Assembly (NCBI GenBank): GCA_964035545.1
Contig: OZ037772.1
Span: 10,352,818 to 10,416,817 of the forward strand
DNA from: Bugula neritina
Lineage: Eukaryota > Animalia > Bryozoa
Reading direction: 5' to 3'
DNA: 64,000 nt
Position 1 is the stretch's first letter, and the number at the start of each line of letters is the position of its first letter. Shown piece after piece: positions 28,078-47,905 of the stretch. The notes beneath the pieces are model-generated. The model saw only the letters and a program-made list of their open reading frames with translations. It was not told the origin of the DNA and made no database searches. The translations under genes and the position numbers were made by a program.

Positions 28078-31000
28078 CATCAGTTGCTGGAACTGCAACC
28101 AACCTGCATGTTGCCCTTAGCGCACATAACAAAGCCCGCCCATAATACCTATATGGAATGTACAATACTGGTTACATGACTTTAAAGTACTCCTTGCTTA
28201 GCAAATGATGCGTGAACCCTACAACGTTTTTTACAAATTAGAAGACCATGTCTCAGTAAACAAAGCTGAGCAAGCAGGGTTTCAGCAAACGCTTGAAACT
28301 GAATGATAACTTCCTTTTACCAACAAGACACTTCAATGAAACTTTATTCTTAGGTTTAGTCTTGCAGCTAATGTAATTTTTTATTTGTTTGAAATCTTAT
28401 ATCTTATTATAGTATAGGCCATGAGTTATCTAAAGATATTGCTTAGCAACATTGTTTGGTGCAGCGAAAACAAAGTTCATATGTTTGTGTCCCACAGCTA
28501 AGTACAACCTATAAATTTACTGCTTCATCTACACAATATATCAACTTTACTTGTTTATCTCTTCAAAGTGTGAGCGATGAGTTACAAATACATGTAAAGT
28601 TATTAGACACCACTATTTAAAATTTACAATTATAGATAACTATTATGTAAGCTTAGTGAAAACTTTTATAAGTTTACACGTGCTGCATATATAGTCAACT
28701 GCATTACAAAGATTTTTGCACGTTATTAAATTGAAATAAAAAATAATTTAGCACTTCCAAATGACATAAACACATATATATAGATGTTTGTGTATGCTGT
28801 CACTTGCATTCCGTATAATACTTTATTAAGTTATAGTTTATGCCGAGTGTTCTTAAAATCAATATAATATCAAAACTTAAATTATATGATATATCTTTTA
28901 TTTAATTGTTTTCATTTTCTCAGAATCAACAACTTGAAAATATACAAGAGCTTAGAAATTGTGTTAGTTTTATCTTAAGAAGATTGTGCAAGCCAAGCCT
29001 CCTCAGTTGGTAAAATAGCAGCAGTGCCACAGTGTGAAATGTCATGTTATTGTTAGTCATTACTTAATTTATCAGTTTAATTAGCTTTTCTCAACTTTAC
29101 TGCGCCATTGGCATTTAGGAAGGTAAAGATATTACTATATTACCGTGTTATTGGATATGGTAACATTACAGTGTAAACATCTCTATCCAAATGTTATTTT
29201 AGCTGAAGATAATTCTCAAGTACTACAAAGATAAGACTGTTATATGTAAAGGTGAAGTGGATTGAATTACTTAATGTTTTTGTTTGCAGTTGATATTTCT
29301 GACATATTATTACTAAAATAATAATGATACTACATTAGCAACATAAACTATGCTATAGTGTAATAAACTTATTTCACCAAAAATATGGCAAAGGTACATG
29401 AGCATATATATATATATATATATAACATCAAAAAAGTTGTATGGGAAGCTATAATTGCTGCTAAATTAAATGACAATTAGAAGCCTTTAAGCTCACCCAA
29501 AATGAGAAACTATTTAACCTTTACAAGTTACAATTTTCCAATTCTTATTCATCAAAAACAAGAGGAATTAATTTAATTACTACACTTGAGATTTCTCTCT
29601 CTTTGTCAACATTTTATGTAAACAACAGAACCATCATTATTTTTATTTTATAATTAAAAGAGAATCCCATAACTTTAAAAGTATAAATGTTGCTTGCATC
29701 TACTTTTAAAAGATTAATATAATGAACCGTTTATTAAAATTGCTTAAAATGTCACATTTGTTATTTAAGTTTACAATATAATACGTTTGACCTTTAGAAG
29801 GCAATTAAATGAGTAATCAGTCAAAAGGCAAATAAAACTAATGACAACTTTTGCTATAGTATAACATTTGCTACAAATATTGCAGATAATACAATACACT
29901 ATAAAATAGAACATGTCTAGCAATGCACTGAGGCTATGTTGTGTAGCACTAAGGCTATGTTGTGTATAATTAAGGCTATGGGGCATAGCAGTTTTATAGT
30001 ACTATACTAAAACACTTATATCGTAATCCTGGAAAAGTTAATAATTAGAATAACACCACCAGGAAACCACGCTAATGCTGATTGTCACAAACTAAAAACT
30101 TTTACTAAAATATGTCAAAATATCAATATTGAAGATCAATTCAATATCAATTAAGCCCTATACAGTATCACGTGTCAAATCTAGTCTTGTATTTATTAAT
30201 AGAATGTACCAATTAAGTGAGTATTTCCTTATGGTTAGAGCGTGTTATATTGACAATCAGATGCAATCAGCAAAAATACTGCCTTAATATACAGGATAAT
30301 AAGTTTTTAAAGTGACTGCAATAATTTAAAGGAAGTTATTAAAGAAATTCCAATAGTTAAGACAATAAATTACCTGGAAACTACTTAAGAATATTAGATA
30401 ACCAATAATGGCTGCTTTATAATTTTTAATCAACTGTTTATAAGAAATATCAATACTAGAATAATATTTCAGTAATATAGTGAAGTAAATAGTTTTGTAT
30501 GTCATTTGAGAACTGCTATAATATGTATACATGAAATAGGCAACATCATTTTATATTAAAACACCACAATATATAAAACATTGTGCTTTTTCTTTCGTAA
30601 CATTCTAATACACTAATCTTACTATAATATTGCAATATATTTGATAATGATAACTTTACAGAGCAATAAGTTGATGTCTAATCTAGCTTTACTTTTTTTA
30701 TCTCATTTATATGTTTCAATTCTTCTGATTTTGAAACTCAGCAAATAATCGAAAAAATTAATTCATAAGTAGAACACTATTGCAAGCATATTACTGCAAC
30801 GCATCTATAGATTATGCATAAATATAACAGTATGCAAATCAATAATAAAGCCAGCATCAAGCTGTTCCAACAATAAACAAGGAAAATATTATAATTTTGC
30901 CCAGTGCCAGCTGAAGCTAATGTGATCAGTTGTGAATAAATTATTAATTATTTTTGTTTGAAATGAAAGAGAGAAGCTCCAGTGTGAAGTACTCATGACA

Positions 31001-31144
31001 GTAGAGATGTAATAACATCAGTAGTATGCTGAAGTGTACACATGTGTAGATGCTACAGCATGTGCAGATTCTAATAATACACAAGTGTAAATGTTGAAGT
31101 GCAATGGCCTGCAATATCCTGATGTGTCACAAGAAGCAAGACAA

Positions 31145-31295
31145 GTGACTATTACATGTGACTATGTCATGTGACTATACTGTGTGACTAGTCATGTGGC
31201 TATGTCATGTGACTATGGCATGTGAATATGGCATGTAAATATACTGTGTGACTAGTCGTGTGACTATGTCAGGTGACTATGTAATGTGACAGTCA
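31145..31295. repeat. 10-12-bp tandem repeat (ATGTGACTATGTC-like)
   Basis: About a dozen GTGACTA-containing units. Confidence 0.8.
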
Positions 31296-34200
31296 CAACA
31301 GAATAGCTTGTGCTGCAACAACATGCATATATGACACCTGTTCTTATACTTTGTAAAGCTTAGTTTCACTGAGTCATGCATAACACTATAATCTGCATGC
31401 ATATGACTGAAAAAATACAGTTTTCTTTAATTCAGTATCTTTGCACTTTATATTTAATTAGTCTACTATCTTAATGTTGGTGGTATACTCAATTCAGGCT
31501 ATATACTGCAAAGCACAAAATAAGACTGTGATTAATTTAGCTTGTGCATGATACCATAAATGTTGTAGAACTATAGTTTGGGGTGGTGCTCCTATCACCC
31601 ACAACCTATGTTAATATCACTTTTGCTCCAGGTCCGTTGTATATTGCTTTGTTTATGTTTTCTATCATAAGCAAATATTGACTTTCCAGTTAGTTTAGAA
31701 ATATTCATGAGATTCACTGGAAATCTATTGCATGCAGAGGGACTTTATCAATTGAGTAATTATTCCCAGTAGAATAGCCCGCACATAACACAACCACTCA
31801 TTAGAAGTCATGCTCTGACATTATAGCACATGTTCTTTGCAATATAATATCTGTAATAGACAAATGTGCAGCTTATTAACTGTAATTAAAGAAAGCAGGC
31901 TAATGGCATCGCTCTCCAATTTGCATTTCATCTACAATAAGCATATTTCTTACTTTTCTCTATAAATTATATAGTTATGCAATATTTTCACTAGGATTGT
32001 CTGCCCTTGATACTGTAATAACAGATTCATATTGCAAAATTTAAACTTTAAACTTTCCAGCATTTGCCAGCATTATTATTACCTGTATCATATTATTATA
32101 GCAATAATATAATGCAATTATTACATTTAAAAAGAGAAAACTTTATTCAAAGAATTAATGCTATTATATAAAATCTGAAATGGCCTTTAGTTGTCGAGAT
32201 ATTGCTAAAGCAGTTAACATAGACAACTATCAGTGCTGATAAATTTATAATAAGTTCACAACTTAAACGAAAGTCAAAATACAAAGTTTCTTACATAATG
32301 ATTTTTTCTTCCATGATGCAGGCTTGTATCAATGGCTAATGAAATGCTAAATCTTTATGAAACAATGCCACCGCACTTGACAAAAGATACATCTTTCAGT
32401 AACGTACTTTCTAAGTTGAATACTATACTATCAGTGCTTTCTATTGTTAAGCTTCATATAACTCGAGTGTCATAAATCATCAAGCGTATTTGATTTGCTC
32501 AACTTTTGCATTTATAATTTCATAATTGAGTAACCTATGAATTGAATAGGTGTCTGACAAAAGCCATTCTACACTAAAAAGGAAAGTAGGTAGCAGAAAC
32601 CTGATAACGCGTGGCAGGCATACCTTTGAAACAATATCCTAGTGCTATAACAAGCACACAGCCTATCTTAAATTAGTCTCAATTCTGATTATATAAGCAT
32701 GACCGTTTTATTTTACCACTTTACACAGTGCCAAAAGGCACATAGCTTCATTTCTTACATTATACCTCGCTACATTATGTAAGCACTATTATAGGCTATA
32801 TAGAGATTGTATATCATTCACTGAGCTAATTGCTGATTGCATGGTTTAAGTAGGAAAGAGTAATTAGAATTGAATGTCCCTCATGACATCACTAATGACC
32901 CTGTGACTTAAGGAATATGCTGGTTCAATACTCTAACCAATAGACCATCATGGCTACTCATAAATCATCACCAAGTCCAATTCTTTAAAGAATAAAGTCT
33001 CCAAAGCATGCTCTTTTAGATGTGAGCAGACTGTATGAAGACCAATATCAGAAGTTGAGGGATCAGGGCCAGGATTTTGCTTTAGATAAAGTGTTGAAAA
33101 TCTTTGAAAATGTTACTTCAGCAAAAGTTAGCAATTGCTAATGCAGCAAAAAAGTAGTTTGTCTAGATTTAAGTACTTTATGATCAGCCTTGATAGTTTG
33201 TGAAACATGAGTGATAAACCACTTGCATCTGCAGATGTATTACACATTCAAGTGCAATAGCAAAAAATTTTATTAGTCAAAGTTCTTTGAGTTTTTTAGA
33301 GAACTTGGTTTGAGGCGAAAGTTGAAATTCTCACAAAAACATGACTTTTGTTGCAAAAATTCTGCTTTAGAGCACAGGCTTTTCTCAATTTCCCTATTAC
33401 CTACCTATTTCACATTATACTAATTTACAAGGAAAGTCATTATCTAGAGTCTAGATAATTATACAAGCACAGGCTGTGTTAATCAATAGAAGTAAGGATG
33501 AAATACCATGCAGAACGCATCTCATCAGAACAATATATTATTCAATACGACTGGTCACAAGAGGTAAAAGCTAAGTTGTATAAGGAGGGGGGGAGGAGGG
33601 TCTCTCAATATGTGTTATTATTACTTTTCAGTTTGCAGCTACACAAGCTTAGCTGGCTTGTAACACAATATCGCAATGAAATGAGTTGAGCAAGCACTGC
33701 TTGTGCCTAGATAAATCTCTTAGTAGCAATCAACATAATGCACTGCATTGTATGACTTCTACCTCATTCTACTAGCAACTACTCGAGATAGTCAGTCATC
33801 TCACTCTTGAATAAAATCAAAATAAAATATTATTGAATCAAATTCTGTCGCATATGCTTAATTATTGAATAAAATTATGTTGGATGTTTAATGCTATAGT
33901 ACTGGGAGGGCAGTGGGGATCATTATATAGTCAAAGAAACCTAGGATGGCTTTTTGAGATACTACAATAGCTTGTAGCTTACGTCTGACGTATCAAAATT
34001 TTAATATCATAATCTAGCCACAATTAAGAATAAAGACTTAATTAAACAATTAAGAATGAAGAGGTTTAAATATAAAACAAAGAATTAAAGTAAAGGCATA
34101 GATATAGGATAAATAAAGCAGCGTTTCTTGGAACTTAGCGCAAAAAACTATATGAACGCCCTGACATATATAAAGAACAATATTTTGACGAATCTTTATT

Positions 34201-35550
34201 AGCTAGAATATGGAGAAGTTTGTCTATGCTAAGAAAAAGGAAACACAGTTGAATTGCACCATAGTTCAGGTGTAAGTGGCTAGTTGTAAAAAGTCTAGGT
34301 AGAAAGTCTAATAAGTTTAGGTAGAAAGTTTAATAAGTGTAAGTAAAAAGTAGTAATTAGTGTAGGGAAATGCAAGATGGAAGTATGAATACAATGCAAT
34401 TTCAATCTCAAATCATTTGCACATAAGGCTTGCCTATACTCCGTTACTAAAAGACTTAATGGCAATTAATCACCCATGCCGAAATTATCAACTCAATAAT
34501 GCAATAATGTATACAATACACTTACCACTTCAAAGAGTCACCTAATAATCCACGTTACAATAAATCATGCAAGTTATTTTTGATATTTGATGCAACTTGG
34601 GCCTACACTATGCTGTAGTAAACCCTTGAAATGATAAAATACTTCATTGATCTGACTTTTATAAGGTTAATGCATCAACCAATGAAATATTGGAGTGATT
34701 TATATTGTCCAATGGAATGCAAGCTTTGCATTACAGACTTGTCAACCATGAAAGCAAATTTATGGTAGCTGTTTGACCAGTTTGTGACTAAGTTCCATAT
34801 ACCATTGAACTATCTATAACTCACGTCTATCGAGTAATAATAAAGATGCACTGCATGTAGTCTATTGCAGAGAATTTAACCTTTCACTATGTTGAGTAGT
34901 GGCTGCGGTGGTAGTGCTGGTGGTGGCGGCAGTAGTGGTAGCGTGGTGGTGGCGGTGGCAGCGATAGTATTATAATATATAATAAATGCATATTTATGAG
35001 TCTAGTAAGAAAACAATTGACTGGATAAACAACACATTTTAAACTAAACAATTACAATGTAATTATATTCACACATCTTCATTATACAAACAACAAATAA
35101 AGTGTCAATATTATTTCTTTAGAGAAGATAAATCAAAATTTACTTTACTATTCTATTTTTATGTTGTGGATTATAGCAAAACTAGATTAAAAAGTAAAAA
35201 ACATAAGATAAGATTATAACTTATATATATATGTTCCATTCTGTGGAAATGAAAATAGATAAATAAATAAATGTGATCGCTCAATATAAAAAAATATAGT
35301 TGATAAATAAATAATCACAATAATCAAACATCACAAATTAACATTGAAAAACACTTTTAATAAAATTTTCAATTTCCCAAAAAAATTACATGCATGCAAT
35401 ATAAATTGAAGTATAACTGCAAAGATTACAAACTGTTTTCGCATTGAATATAGTTGCACGAATTCTTTGCTAATGCTTTCTTTGCCAAGTCATGGCTATA
35501 TATTCACAACACGATATACATGTAACATTTCTCAAAGCCTGTTGTGTCTG

Positions 35551-40762
<5,212 letters not shown>

Positions 40763-41039
40763 TCTATAAAACAGCATATAGATCTGGCAATGTCTCAAGA
40801 GTAGTATACATGGATGAGGAGAGCAGTTAAAACTGAGACCGCATGAAGCGGAACTTTTTGTCTCAGATAGTTATGCAATTCTTGTAAGTTTCTAGTTTGG
40901 GAGTTATCTGCTATACACATAGTATGTTCTCAGCTGGAGCAAAACTAGAGAGAGACCAGTTGTACTCACTAATAGTTTAACTGCTCTGTTATAAATTTTT
41001 TTAAGGTCTCACTCCTTATTTTCAGTAAATTTGTTTATT

Positions 41040-41820
<781 letters not shown>

Positions 41821-42245
41821 TACTCACTAAGTTTGTTATACTTCTTTCACTGTTTTAAAGATATGATCTTACTGCTCTGATAGCGAAAACTTTTCACTAG
41901 TGTAAGCCAGCTGATACTCTAACAGTAATAAAAGCGAGTGGTCATTGTTTCTCTTTCTATACTGCTTACGTAACAAATGAATAAGTTCATTGTAAACAAA
42001 ATGCGTAAGGAACAAAAGGTATAAGAGATGAATACAGCAAAAAACTAAGTAATCTAAGCAACGAAATAACAAAACCTGTGAAAGAAATAAGGAACTATAA
42101 TTGATAACTTGTATTTGGTTTTATATTACATACTAGGGTTAGTCAGTACAAACAGCCTTGGCTGAGTTGTGAATAAAACAATTTAGGATAAATATATGTT
42201 ACTAGTTTAAAACTAATAATGAGCAACTATTTGACTACAGGGAAA

Positions 42246-42465
42246 GGGAGCAGCTGTGGTCTAAGAGTTAGAGTTTTTGCCTAGTCTGCACGAAGTCATG
42301 GGTTTGAGCCCGACAAAGGCCATTAGTGATGTTAGGAAGAGCATTCAGTCATAATTACTTAACTGTGCCCTATCTGAATAGGTCCTTAGCCTGCTTTAAC
42401 AACAAAACTCTTTCCATCTAGGTTTTCTTACAAGGATGGTGACTATAAACTTGTGTGAGTTTTAT
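42246..42465 (+). mobile_element. SINE family A copy, full-length
   Basis: GGGAGCAGCTGTGGTCTAAGAGTTAGAG head, family core and tail. Confidence 0.82.
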
Positions 42466-43780
42466 TTGCCTATAAAAGGAAGTTTATATAAGAACTAGCT
42501 TTATGAGCTATAAAACTAAATATAAGTTGTTCAACTTCAACTCCTGTTTTCATTTTGAATATTCTTTATAATTGTATAATTAAGATCAATGATTCATTAT
42601 CTATAAACCTCATTAAGTTGTTAACCTGAAATCTACATTTTTATTATAAATATTGCATATAATTGTAAAGTTATAATCAATATACTTCATCTCTGCATAT
42701 AAATTATAGTCTATAGCATATGCTACAAACTATAGCCATAGTAAATACTATGATTATGAGTATATATGCAAAATACGCGCAATAACTAGTATACTATAGT
42801 TACTATAGCATACACATCCATAAGATATACTGATGCAAGGGTAATTTCAAGCTTTCTTTCGCCGCACTCCAAGAATGAATTTTTTTATTATTACGGAATC
42901 ACTAGCCTGACTTAATTCCTTCATAGTTTAATGTTCAGTTTAATATGATGCAACCATATAGAAGCATACAAGTAAAGATGAATCCTTCAAAAGTGTTTCA
43001 TAAATTTGCTTATAAACAGTGTACCTGCTTCAGCCTGCATGCTTCAGTGGAACAAATGATTTTTATAGCTATTTCGTGCATCTTAAAGTACTATAAGGGT
43101 TTGAAAATGCTTATTTATTAAATTGTTTAAAAAATTGAGATATTTATAACATATTTAAAGCGTCATCTCATGTGGTATAGAAAAAATATATAGCGAATTG
43201 GCCATAAAATAATTGGTTTTGTTTCGCAGAATTTCTGTTCATCTACAAATATTCAAAACTATCTTATATGTCACTGCTAACCATTTTCTATAATTATTGT
43301 ATAGACTATACAATTAAATTATATTCTTGTTTCTCCAATATATGTCCTTATATATATAAAACTAATTTGTAATTAAATGACTACTATATAAAGGCCATAA
43401 CAAGACTATGAATAGCAATAAATCAGTAGAATTTGAACTATAAGTTCAATTTTATTAACTGATGCAGACATCAAAATACTTATCAAAGTACAATACCTCA
43501 GTATTATTTTATTCAAAGGTTGACAAATATTCCGGCAATACACATATTTCTTAAAATTAGGAAAACATTTAAAAACACTCAGAATCAACTTTACTAATCA
43601 AAACAACACCTGGACGCACAAAACGGATTATAATGCTCATGAAAGTATATATATGCTAACACTTAAAAACTGATTCTGATCTAATAAAATTACAAAATAC
43701 TGATATGAAATAAATATACTTGCCTCTTTATAGCAACTATCTTACAACAGCAATATATGGAAATTTAAAGCTTTAAAATA

Positions 43781-46368
43781 TTACACTCCAAACACCTCTA
43801 CTTCGTATATATTCACATATGTTTTAGCATTGAACAGAATCTGAACAAAACGACCTCTGATTGGTTGTTTACAAGTAACCAGGGTGTAGTATTGGTTAAG
43901 AACTCCATCATGATAGTAACACAGGACTTCAGGGTTTGTTCCAGTAAATTCTATTTCTTTTTCTGTCATAGCCACTGTAACCTCTGCATTTATTGCTCTA
44001 TCCCAGCGCACTAAATAAATACATATCTCTTAAGTTTTTCCAGAAATGCATATTGAAGCAAAAAAATTATTATAGCTATTATAGCTATTAGCTAATAGCA
44101 ATTTATAAGTTGTTGCCAAAAAAATTATAAAAGTTAAATTTGATTTTGTAAAAGTCAAATGTAAATCAACAGTGTGGTACCATGATACTCGTGTTAAAAA
44201 TATACAGCAAAAATTGCTTGGAAAACATGAAAAGTTGTTTATAGAATATCAGCTGCTTGCTACTTACCCTCAGCTCTGTTGAGGATGTTGACAGCCCAGA
44301 CACAGTAAACATCAACCAGATCCACCCTCCACCAGGGTCTGTGTTCTGAGAGACTGTGAGCCAAGGATGCTCTAAGTGTGTTACTTATATAAATGCCGTC
44401 CACTGCTTTATCAGGGCCAAACGAGTATTTAGCGCCTTGTGGATCGTATTGACTGGAAAGCTTAGCAGGTTTACCTATATCAGATAATTGCAAATAGGTT
44501 TAGTCAATTTCAAAAGGTATTTTATATTATAATGGTTTATGCTGCCACACTAAGAGGTTAAAGCACTAAGCTTAGTAAACACAAAGTCGTGGGTTTTACC
44601 CCCAGTAAAGGCCATTGGCTATGTTAAAAAGAACATCCAGTCATAATTGTTCCTGTGGCCACATCTGAATAATAAGCCATTTCTAGTGCTTGAATAAACT
44701 TTTGAGTCATTACTCTTTTGGAATATGAAGGAGTATTGTAATGATTGTGTAAGGAGTTATCTGTACGTATTGAAAGGACAACTCTTCTGCTACTGCTCTA
44801 TTATTATAAAGTGTAGCGTCTCTCCTATACTCGGCCTGACAGTACTTTCTACGCTATTGACTACGTTGTAAACAAAGGCAGGACTAGTTAATTAGAGCTA
44901 AAAGCTAGCGCGCTTGGATAAAGCTTGCAGTCAGGCAGTAGATTAGCTATTGTTCAGCTCTGTCTGAAATTATTTACCGAGTTTATAGTTGATATATAAT
45001 TTTACTTGTATTAAATAAACGAATAAGAATTTACTTTAACTTGGCAGCATTACATAACTTTAAATACCCAGCAGTTAGTTTCACAACAATACATAGGTAT
45101 TGCAAATGCAATCATAATAATTATGTTAAATAGTTCTACAGAGTTCTGACTTATTTTCCGTTTTTGTTTATGTTTACTTCTTAAGGTCAGTATTTACACT
45201 AAATTTCGCAACAGTTTTTCAAATTTGCATTATGTAACAAATTAATCAATCACCCAATCAATCACTCAATCAATTATAGCCAATCTTAAACAAAATCTTT
45301 TACTCAAGGGGTTCTCACAGGGAGAATAACTGTAAAATTGTGTAATTTTGTAGCTGCATCTATAACACAATCTAATGCATAAGTAAATTTAGGAATTATA
45401 TAACAAATTATTTATATTATATAGTAATTATATTGTCACAGAAATATCTTTACCTCTTGCTAGCAGCTTATCTGGCTGCACGTTAGCTCTCTGGGAAATC
45501 TGAATAGAATAGTCAGATTTTGATCCTTTCCACTCGGTAAACAGATGGGGATTTACACATTCCTTCAGGAAACATCTTTTCTCTATGACATCATAAACCA
45601 TTCCCAGACATTTCTTGTCTTCTGTACATTTCAGCAGACAGATTTCAGCCACTGGACTGAACATTGCCTTACCTGTCATATGATCTGTGACTGACATGTT
45701 CTCTGGTACACTGTATCTTCTGAATCTATCAATACGACTGGTGCATTGGCAATCAACGGGTGCTAACAGGTGCACTACAACTACAAAATAGGATAATTCA
45801 ATTTACATGTGTAAAAAGTTCTCCTGAAAAAAAATTACCATAAAAATAATCATTTTTATTGTACTTTAGTGCCGGCTAGTGTAATGAACCATTACTTAAA
45901 TCTAATCTGCTTTACTTATAACTAACTTGAAAGTTTTCCTAAAAATGGCTTCATTTACTGTAACTATACATTGAATTATGTACATTCCATAGTTTCTAAA
46001 ACGCAGTCCATCCTTAGAGTATGCATGTTTTTACATACTATTAATTTATTGAAATTTCTGCACTAAAAGTTGCTAAAACTTTTACACATTTATATTCAAA
46101 TTGTTGCACTTGCTATATAGTATTATCAGCAAACCTTTTTAACAATAATAATAATATAAGGCGTGTATAACGATCACTGGTTAGCCTGGCTAGAATAATT
46201 AAAAGATAGCTAATGTTTGCATTCATTAAAACACAATATTTAATTGAACTTAGCTTTTTAGCTGGCAATCATTAATATTTTAGGCAATGATATAACATTA
46301 AATATAAATTAGAGTAACATATGTGAATTTATACCTGTAAACCAAATCAAAGCAGATGGAATATTCAT
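43781..46368 (-). CDS. Secreted PAN/apple + F-type lectin (fucolectin/FTP) protein, copy A, ~265 aa
   Basis: Exons 46335-46368, 45454-45780, 44268-44474, 43781-44010. Signal-peptide-like MNIPSALIWFTVVVHLLAPVDC; PAN pattern CLLKC-x5-C..YD..RCFL; F-type domain LARGKPA..SS..AVDG..AHS..PWWRVDL..NR..GRFVQI..EVEVFG; fucose motif H-x26-R-A-E-x4-R. Confidence 0.92.
44538..45350 (+). mobile_element. SINE family A copy split by ~600 bp of inserted sequence
   Basis: 5' half at 44538-44672 (cttagtaaacacaaagtcgtgggttt..ggccattgg..catccagtcataattg); 3' tail at ~45278-45350 (ggggttctcacagggag). Confidence 0.6.
44737..45054 (+). mobile_element. Possible solo LTR (318 bp)
   Basis: Begins TGTAATG and ends CATTACA (7-bp inverted termini, TG..CA); internal TATAAA (~44805) and AATAAA (~45014); no clear target-site duplication. 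Confidence 0.45.
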
Positions 46369-46938
46369 ATTCAAAAAACTGCTGAGAGAAAAAGAACAAC
46401 CAACAGGACTGCTGTCAGGGTACATCTAAAGTGACCATGCAGTAATAGTTATCTATAGCAACATTAGAATATAATATTATTGATTACCTTAAGTTGGTAA
46501 ATATAAAATAAAATCAGTTGATTGTTTCTGCATTGCAGAGTTTGTTAAACTTATTCAATATACAAGTATAGTCTGTGGGTCTCATTGATGGTTATATTAG
46601 AAAATTGGTTGCAAGCAGCAAGTTATTAAATTTAGTAGAGACTAATTTAAAATTTAATTTAAAAAATATTGATTCTAAAGAGTAAAAGAAATTATTATAT
46701 TTATTTAATACATATAATATATAAAATATAATATATAAAATATATAATATATAAAACAGAATCTGTTGATTGTTATTTTTATTCAGAGTTTCTTAAACCT
46801 ATTTCCAACATACGAGCAAACTGTGAGTCCATTTATTGGTTATATTAGAAAATTGATTGCAAGCAGCAAGTTATTAAATACAGCTGAAACTAATTTAAAA
46901 TTTAATTTGAAACTATTGATTCTGTAGAGTAAAAGTTA

Positions 46939-47109
<171 letters not shown>

Positions 47110-47905
47110 GTAAAACAATCCATATTACACAAAGCTACCTCACTTCAGCACTAGAGATCTGCGGTTTATTTCTTTCTATATGAAATAAATTGCCAAATGT
47201 ATTTACAAAGCTGTTGGTGAGGTTTTATTATCTCCAGTGTGACATGCCTGTTTAATTTCAACAGATAAAATATTTGTGTCTGTATCAAAATTTTTGATTG
47301 TGCTGCATGTACAGTTATAGTATTGTATGTTGATGACGAAATAAATTTTTCATAATATCCGCTTTTAAAATAATAAGCTAACAAATGTGGTGCAGAGGTT
47401 AAGTCTTAGTCCTTTATAGTGTAAAAGGTAACAAATTGACCACTTGCAAATTGGAATGCAGCTATTTTATTTACGCGGCAAAAGAGTTGTAGCTTTTACA
47501 ATAAGTAGAAACTGCATGGGTCATTTTAATTGCTCAATTTAGAGCCCGTGCACTGTAAATATCTAGCTTTTTGCTATTTTTTACAATCTAGCTGGTAATA
47601 AACATGGGTGTTTGCCCAAACAATTTGAAGATGAAAACTAATCCACTAATAATTGCTAAATAAGTAGACATCAAAAGAATGAAAAAAATCTACCCTTAAA
47701 ACAAGGTTTGCATAAACAATTGACAGATGAACTTTAATATGGTAATCATAAAATACCAATTAACATTAATGCTTATAGTTATACTTGAGTTGCAAGAAAC
47801 GTTGATATAAAAGCCACTACAACATTGTACTCAAATGAATAATCTTTAATTAGCATTGCAGTTTCAACAACATAAAATTTATGTGAAATCAATGCAGTTG
47901 AATTA

